NCBI GenBank assembly: GCA_947459875.1
Contig: CANHFG010000003.1
Span: 162 to 64,161, forward strand
Length of the DNA: 64,000 nucleotides
Reading direction: 5' to 3'
Source: Ignavibacteria bacterium
GTDB lineage: Bacteria; Bacteroidota; Ignavibacteria; Kapaibacteriales; Kapaibacteriaceae
Made by a program: the position numbers and the translations under genes. This document shows, in pieces, positions 14,101 to 19,802 of the stretch (position 1 is the stretch's first letter; every line of letters begins with the position of its first letter). Under the pieces are notes generated by a model that saw only the letters and a program-made list of their open reading frames with translations, had not been told where the DNA came from and ran no database searches.

Positions 14101-14471
14101 TAAGGAACAACCGCCAGTCGCGTGCGCGGGAATGGCGGCTGCCCTGCAAGGGCTGTCTCGAGGTAGGCCTGCGTGTTGAAGAAATCAACATTGGCCAGTG
14201 GCACCACGGCACCGAGATAGACGTTGAACAGTCCCTTCGTCAGGACGGTCTGCTGCGTCTCTTCCCAGAGAAGATTGCCCCCTACCGGCGCATCGTACAA
14301 GCGCATGACGAGATCATACTGGCCATCGTCGAGAGGCAAGCCATTAGGCAGCGTCAGCAAGCCTTGATAGCTTATCTGACGTTGGATCTGCGCATAGGTT
14401 GCCGTAACGGCTGTAGCCATTACGCCCACAACAAACAGCAGGGCGAGGCAAGGGCGAAGAAAACGGTTCAT
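2112..14471 (-). CDS. Giant (~4120 aa) repetitive, secreted fibre/adhesin-like protein with phage-tail-fibre-like modules
   Basis: 4127-aa ORF in the track. The likely start is ATG 14471 ([28 protein letters not shown], signal-like). The protein is rich in T/G/N/A/V, and I saw no Cys beyond the signal peptide. The N-terminus has a [21 protein letters not shown] domain, [10 protein letters not shown] motifs and 11-aa xAVTTxKIxDG repeats. There are 10 copies of a ..YNE..G..RLG....NRFVN...L.FTTNGG module. No PNPF-type T9SS CTD is visible at the C-terminus. Confidence 0.9.
   Translation of the reverse strand: [4119 protein letters not shown]
2634..3035 (-). repeat. Tandem 2 x 201-nt (67-aa) duplication inside the giant gene, with a 107-nt perfectly identical core
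   Basis: The unit [62 protein letters not shown].GT. occurs twice. Nt 2701-2807 equals 2902-3008 base for base, while the flanks differ at scattered positions. Confidence 0.9.
13176..13847 (-). repeat. Blocks of 33-nt (11-aa) periodic repeats xAVTTxKIxDG in the N-terminal part of the giant protein
   Basis: Examples are [87 protein letters not shown] and [33 protein letters not shown]. Coordinates come from my residue counting (aa ~217-440). Confidence 0.7.
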
Positions 14472-14494
14472 GGTTCTGACCATTAATGTGTTCA

Positions 14495-15058
14495 TTAGCG
14501 AATGATGGTAAGGGTCTGAGACTTGCGGAATGGTACGCCGGAGACTGTAGTCCCCTCGACCTCGTACACGTATGTTCCCGCCGGCAACGGAACCCCATAA
14601 TCGTCAACAGCTTGCAGCATTACGTCTTGCGAACCGGCCATAGAAACTTCGGCGGTGACGGTTCGCACGAGTGCGCCCAGCAAATTGTAGACTCGGATCT
14701 TTAGCCCCCCTTCAACAGGGGTGGCGAATCGAATTGTCGTATGCGTAGTAAAAGGATTCGGGAAGTTCCCGAACTCAGCAATTGACTGCTCTTCACGGTC
14801 GTTAACTCCGACCGTGCCATAGATATAAGGAACCCAGAACCCCTGGTAGAGGGCTGTGCTGTCTGAGCGCACCTGCGCCGAGATCACGGCCTGGCCGATC
14901 GTGCTCGAAATAGCCGAGCCGTTCGGGGAAGCCGATAGAAGTGACGCTCCGGATCCAATCACGGAGGATGTCAGTCTCGGTTGTGAGGTCGCTGAATGAG
15001 CTACCAAAATGAGCCCTCCCAGCAACAGCGTACAAAAACGACGCATTTGTTGCTCCAT
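14495..15058 (-). CDS. Small secreted protein made of a ..STIGQAVIS..YQGFW segment plus a T9SS-type C-terminal sorting domain
   Basis: This is track ORF 14495..15127, with likely start MEQQMRRFCTLLLGGLILVAHSATSQ (ATG 15058, or 15046). The C-terminus NFPNPFTTHTTIRF...KIRVYNLLGALV...LPAGTYVYEVEG...KSQTLTIIR fits the T9SS type-A CTD pattern. It lies immediately upstream of the giant gene. Confidence 0.7.
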   Translation of the reverse strand: MEQQMRRFCTLLLGGLILVAHSATSQPRLTSSVIGSGASLLSASPNGSAISSTIGQAVISAQVRSDSTALYQGFWVPYIYGTVGVNDREEQSIAEFGNFPNPFTTHTTIRFATPVEGGLKIRVYNLLGALVRTVTAEVSMAGSQDVMLQAVDDYGVPLPAGTYVYEVEGTTVSGVPFRKSQTLTIIR

Positions 15059-15400
15059 TACCTTTCGAATCACGTACAATCTATGACAAGCGGCTCCATT
15101 CTCCAAACCTTCCCCGGTATTTGTCACAAGAAGATGTGAATTTATTTATGGAGGATTGTGGATAACTTACCCCGTCTGCCCCATGTTGTACGGGCGACAA
15201 TGTGAGTAATAATACGCTACTCTGCAAGAGCTTCTCAGCTACGTACGCTTGGCTTATCTGCCATGAGGCGTTCATTGCGAGTGGTAACCTTGTAAATGAC
15301 AACGGCCCGTCCCCCAGAAAGCCCCCTCGCCTCTTTATGGCGGTTGCACTTCCCGTTGGACGGGCCGAAATTGAGAGCTACATGGTCGAAGAAGCCTTGT

Positions 15401-16753
15401 TTAGGTCTTCGCCTGCTCGTACCCTAAGAATATGAAAGCATTAAGGTTAACGCTTAACTGGCGGTTGTTGACAGGGATCATTGGAGTCCAGTCGTTGACA
15501 ACAACCTCATGCATACGGTCTCCCTCAAAGCCGATAGATATGCCTGTTTGGGCGGACTCGATGGCACCGACGGTCGGACCCGGGACGGTTGTGATCTCGT
15601 CAAAGCTGGCTGGGGGGCCCGCATCGTCGGGTTCGACACCATAATTGAGGGCATGCGTGTGTCCGGGGTCGAACACGTCATGCGTGTGTGCTCCACCGGG
15701 TGAGGAGTAACCGAAGAGTGGTGAAAGGTTCTCCTGCTGAATGGTGTAGTCATTGGAACCGGATAACGAGCCAACCTCCTCCGGCCCATGACCGCCAATG
15801 CCAAGTTCGTCACGATGCTTAATAACACGGTCTCGTGTATCGGGCAACGACCCCAGGAAGCCAAGGATCGCTGCATTTGCCTGTGCCACCGCTGGCAGCG
15901 TAGTAGTATTCTGACCATTTAGTCGATACCATCCATTATGATTACTTGTTGCGTAGGAATACTCAACGTCTCCGATGTTCGCCACAAGTGCAGCCGGCAG
16001 ACGACCGGCCGCATCAAGGACGACCACATTGCCTGCAGTGTTAATGTCGGGATTCATCGCCTGGGCGGCTGTCCGGTTAGCTGTAACGACCCTGGCGCCA
16101 GCAGCGGCCGAGGTTGACAGTAAAGGGTTGGGATATGTGCCGGCAAGGTCGCCCCCTGCCGGCACGATATACGGGAAATCGCCAACCGGACGGTTCGAGA
16201 TCAACAGCACACGACCTCTATCGTCAACCGTGATCTGAGGGATATTCAGTTCATTGCCATACGTGCCGGCACCCTCACCGGTCGGCAAACCAGCTCCCGC
16301 TTCGTCAAACGCATTGATCAGAACGTCGGTATGCTCAGTACCACTTGCCACAACTCGGATCAAGCGAACACATTCACCCGCGAGATTGAATAGCTGCACT
16401 TCAACCTCACCAGTAAATCTCTCAGGGATCCGGATCGTTGTCCTGACGGAAAACGGATTGGGATAAACCTCGAGTCGATCGTACACCTCTTCATTGATCT
16501 CGAGAGCCGTCAACTCAAATCTCCAGGGGACCTAGAAGCCCTCAAAGAGACTCGATGCAGCTGTGAGTGCGGGCGTAGAGATGATCGTCTGTCCAAGAGT
16601 CGACGACAGAAACACGGAATCCGAGGTCGCCGCTACGTTGACGGCTCCTCCCGAGGCGATGACGCGCGAACTAAGAACCGGCTGGGCGCAAAGCGGGATG
16701 GCTGTTGCTATTGCCCCGATTACATAGAGCGCGATTACATGATGTGTTGCCAT
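15401..16753 (-). pseudogene. Interrupted or chimeric gene: signal peptide + ..STLGQTIIS..FEGF[TAG] + T9SS-CTD-like segment + tail-fibre module + phage tail-collar-like domain
   Basis: Track ORFs 16532..16783 and 15401..16513 are in the same frame and separated only by TAG 16532-16534. FEGF*VPWRFE aligns with YQGFWVPYIYG of the neighbouring gene. The downstream part carries VYPNPFSVRTTIRI..VQLFNLAGECV (CTD-like), then [33 protein letters not shown] (also in the giant gene), then NGWYRLNGQ...LPDTRDRV...GGAHTHDVFDPGHTH. Confidence 0.55.
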
Positions 16754-16893
16754 GATGCATCCTTTCGATGATGAACATGGCAAGTCTATCAGCGCGATCT
16801 TTCTGAAGCGCTACGATGAAACACTATGTCGCAGTGATTACGAAGTAAGGACGCGGTAACGTCGTACTTCCAGACGAATATGCACGCGATACT

Positions 16894-17583
16894 CTACGCT
16901 TGCAGGTATGGAATCGGGTCGCGCATGCCGGCCTCTTCGAATCCGCGAAGTCGCAAGGCGCATGAATCGCACTCCCCACAGGCCACGTCCTGACGGGCGT
17001 AGCAGGACCATGACAATTCCAATGGCGCTTTCAGCTTGGTGCCAAGCGTAACGATCTCGCTTTTACGAAGCGAGATCAGGGGGGTTGCAATGCGAATATC
17101 CGTTCCGGGCTTTGTACCAGTATTTATAACTTGCTCGAATGCACGAAAGAACACGTCTCGACAGTCCGGGTAACCACTCGAATCCTCCTCAACGGCACCG
17201 ATGAAGAGTGCTGATGCACCCACAACCTCGGCCCAGCTTGTTGCAATGGCAAGGATGTTTGCATTTCGGAATGGCACATAGCTTGTTGGGACGTCTTTGG
17301 TCTCTAGACCGGGTCCGCCAGAGGAAAGTGGCGAATGCGTTATCTCAATGTTCGTATCAGTGAGGCTACTCCCACCAATTGCAGCAAGGTGAGAGATATC
17401 AACAACAAGTCTTTTTGTAACTGCGTAATGATCGCAGATGTCGTTGAAGGACCGAAGCTCCCGGTCCTGTGTGCGCTGGCCGTAGTTGACGTGAAGTGCG
17501 TGCACATCATACCCTTCGCTGATGGCACATGCCACCGCAACGCAGCTGTCCATCCCTCCAGAGAGTAGTACGATCGCTTTCAC
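16894..17583 (-). CDS. queC: 7-cyano-7-deazaguanine synthase
   Basis: (GTG)KAIVLLSGGMDSCVAVA... is the PP-loop SGGxDS motif. The C-terminal Cys cluster CYARQDVACGECDSCALR is typical of QueC. Confidence 0.85.
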   Translation of the reverse strand: MKAIVLLSGGMDSCVAVACAISEGYDVHALHVNYGQRTQDRELRSFNDICDHYAVTKRLVVDISHLAAIGGSSLTDTNIEITHSPLSSGGPGLETKDVPTSYVPFRNANILAIATSWAEVVGASALFIGAVEEDSSGYPDCRDVFFRAFEQVINTGTKPGTDIRIATPLISLRKSEIVTLGTKLKAPLELSWSCYARQDVACGECDSCALRLRGFEEAGMRDPIPYLQA

Positions 17584-17596
17584 GCAGGGGGCGACG

Positions 17597-18157
17597 TCAT
17601 TCTTCCATGACTTCGACTTCTTTCACAGAGAGGATCTTATCGATCTCGGCAACGTACTTATCGGTGGCCTTCTGCACCTCGTCTTCGCCGCGCTTGCGAT
17701 CGTCTTCGCTGTAGTGCTCTTTCTTCTCCGCCACCTTCAGTTCTTCGTTGGCATCACGTCGGACGTTACGCACGGCAAGCTTGCCTTCTTCAGCGATTTT
17801 CTTGCACTGCTTGACGATGTCTTTACGGCGTTCTTCGGTAAGGGGCGGAACGGATATGCGAATCACCTGACCGTCATTCTGCGGCGTGATACCGAGGTTG
17901 GCTGCAAGAATAGCCTTTTCAATTCCGGACAAGACCGTTCGGTCCCACGGCTGAATCACGATGGATCGTGCGTCAGGCACGGAAAGACTGCCAACCTGAC
18001 CGATCGGCGTTGGCTCACCGTAGTACTCCACGCGCACGCCGTCGAGCATTGAAGCCGAGGCACGGCCCGTGCGAACTTTTGAGAGCTGCTGCTGAACATG
18101 ATCAACGGCCTTTGCCATGTGATCGCGGGCGTTGTCAACAATGTCTTTTACCGGCAT
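17597..18157 (-). CDS. frr: Ribosome recycling factor
   Basis: 186 aa. The sequence ...LSKVRTGRASASMLDGVRVEYYG..TPIGQVGSLSVPDARSIVIQPWD... is the classic RRF pattern. Confidence 0.9.
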   Translation of the reverse strand: MPVKDIVDNARDHMAKAVDHVQQQLSKVRTGRASASMLDGVRVEYYGEPTPIGQVGSLSVPDARSIVIQPWDRTVLSGIEKAILAANLGITPQNDGQVIRISVPPLTEERRKDIVKQCKKIAEEGKLAVRNVRRDANEELKVAEKKEHYSEDDRKRGEDEVQKATDKYVAEIDKILSVKEVEVMEE

Positions 18158-18161
18158 GGCG

Positions 18162-18875
18162 TTAATCCTTTACGACGGTGGCAACGGGCTCGCCGAGAAG
18201 AACACGACGCAGGTTGCCACGTTGATTCATGTTAAAGACAAGAATGGGCTTGCTGTTCTCGCTCGCCATGGTGATGGCCGTCATGTCCATCACACGAAGG
18301 TTTCTGTCGAGCGTTTCCTTGTAGGTGATCGAGTCGAATCTCCGGGCATCAGAGTGCTTCTCTGGGTCTTTGTCATACACGCCATCGACGCGAGTGCCCT
18401 TGATCACTACGTCTGCTTCGATCTCCACGGCGCGCAAAACCGCCGCGGTGTCGGTCGTGAAATACGGATTGCCCGTACCGGCACCAAACACCACAACGCG
18501 ACCTTTTTCAAGATGACGCATTGCACGACGGCGGATGAAGCCCTCGGCGATCTGCTCCATATGTATGGCTGTCTGAAGGCGCGTAGGAACACCGAGTAGC
18601 TCGAGTGCATTCTGAAACGCGATGCAGTTGATCACCGTGGCAAGCATGCCCATGTGATCCCCTGAGACCTTGTCGATGCCCATTTGCTCGGCCTGCATTC
18701 CGCGGTAAATGTTCCCGCCGCCAAACACAATGCCGATCTGAACACCTAGATCGTGCGCCTCCTTCACATCCTCGGCGAATGAACGCAACGCTACGGCATC
18801 GATACCGTAATGCTGCTCTCCCATCAACGATTCTCCGCTGAGTTTGAGCAGGATGCGCTTATAGAGAACGGACAT
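18162..18875 (-). CDS. pyrH: UMP kinase
   Basis: From ATG 18875 the protein reads [26 protein letters not shown]...GGGNIYRG, as expected for UMP kinase. The longer track ORF start (18980) looks like a spurious extension. Confidence 0.9.
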   Translation of the reverse strand: MSVLYKRILLKLSGESLMGEQHYGIDAVALRSFAEDVKEAHDLGVQIGIVFGGGNIYRGMQAEQMGIDKVSGDHMGMLATVINCIAFQNALELLGVPTRLQTAIHMEQIAEGFIRRRAMRHLEKGRVVVFGAGTGNPYFTTDTAAVLRAVEIEADVVIKGTRVDGVYDKDPEKHSDARRFDSITYKETLDRNLRVMDMTAITMASENSKPILVFNMNQRGNLRRVLLGEPVATVVKD

Positions 18876-18897
18876 TGACGCCCCCTGAGTGCTGATT

Positions 18898-19752
18898 TTA
18901 GATCTTATCGCCCAGATTGTAGCGGAGGAAAGATACGACCTTGACATCAGAGCCGGCAACCTTCGAGATTTCGGCAACAACGTCGGAGACCTTTTTTCCG
19001 GAATCCTTCACGAAGACCTGCTCAAGCAGTACGTTTTCTTCGTAGAACTTTCCAAGCCGACCCTGAGCGATACGCTCGGCGATGTCTTCTTTCTTTCCTT
19101 CCTGGATGGCCTGCTGCTTGTAGATCTCGATCTCCTTCTCGAGCATCGACGTATCGACCTGCGAACGCTCCACCACAAGCGGCTGCATAGCTGCGATCTG
19201 CATGGCAACATCGCGCATGTGCGGCTTGAGATCATCCGAACCGTTCGTTCCGGAGAATTGGATCAGCACGCCAAGGCGAGAGCCAGCGTGATTATAGTCG
19301 GTGATGTATCCGTCTGCAGCCACGCGGGCATAGCGACGTAGCCCAATCTTTTCGCTGAACTTAGCGAGGATCTCATCACGAAGGTTAGCAAGTGTCTTGC
19401 CGTCGTGCGAGGCGTTCCACAGCTCATCTTCACTGGCATACGGCGTTGCAAGAACAGCGTCGCAGATCGCGTTGGCAAACGCAACGAATTCCTCGTTACG
19501 ACCAACAAAGTCTGTTTCGCAGTTGACTTCGACGATGGCACCGACCTTGCCGTCAGCTGACGTCTTAGCAATGACAATGCCTTCGTTGGCATCACGGTCA
19601 GCACGCTTGGCCACCGATGCAGCTCCGCGCTTGCGGAGCCATTCGATCGCCGCCTGCATGTCTCCACCAGCTTCTTCGAGAGCCTTCTTACAATCGGCCA
19701 TTCCCGCGCCGGTCTTCTCGCGGAGTTCCTTGACGGTTTGTGCGGTAATCAT
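18898..19752 (-). CDS. tsf: Translation elongation factor Ts
   Basis: [43 protein letters not shown] is the canonical EF-Ts UBA-like N-terminus. Confidence 0.92.
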   Translation of the reverse strand: MITAQTVKELREKTGAGMADCKKALEEAGGDMQAAIEWLRKRGAASVAKRADRDANEGIVIAKTSADGKVGAIVEVNCETDFVGRNEEFVAFANAICDAVLATPYASEDELWNASHDGKTLANLRDEILAKFSEKIGLRRYARVAADGYITDYNHAGSRLGVLIQFSGTNGSDDLKPHMRDVAMQIAAMQPLVVERSQVDTSMLEKEIEIYKQQAIQEGKKEDIAERIAQGRLGKFYEENVLLEQVFVKDSGKKVSDVVAEISKVAGSDVKVVSFLRYNLGDKI

Positions 19753-19802
19753 GAGGTACGTCCCTTTGATTTCGATGTTGAGATGATTGTTTTTGAGGGG
19801 GC

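Noticed and set aside
224-14486. Dozens of long plus-strand ORFs (for example 224..970, 2323..3198, 6298..7152, 9090..9992, 12433..13344, 13902..14486) lie opposite the giant genes.
   Set aside because: They are antisense shadow ORFs of a repetitive, stop-poor coding sequence. Their translations are monotonous V/P/A/T/R strings with no signal, motif or start context. The minus-strand frame is continuous for more than 4100 codons with a coherent protein-like repeat structure.
17584-17596. I looked for a preQ1 riboswitch upstream of queC.
   Set aside because: Only 13 nt separate the frr stop from the queC start, so queC is simply co-transcribed with frr. There is no room for an aptamer.
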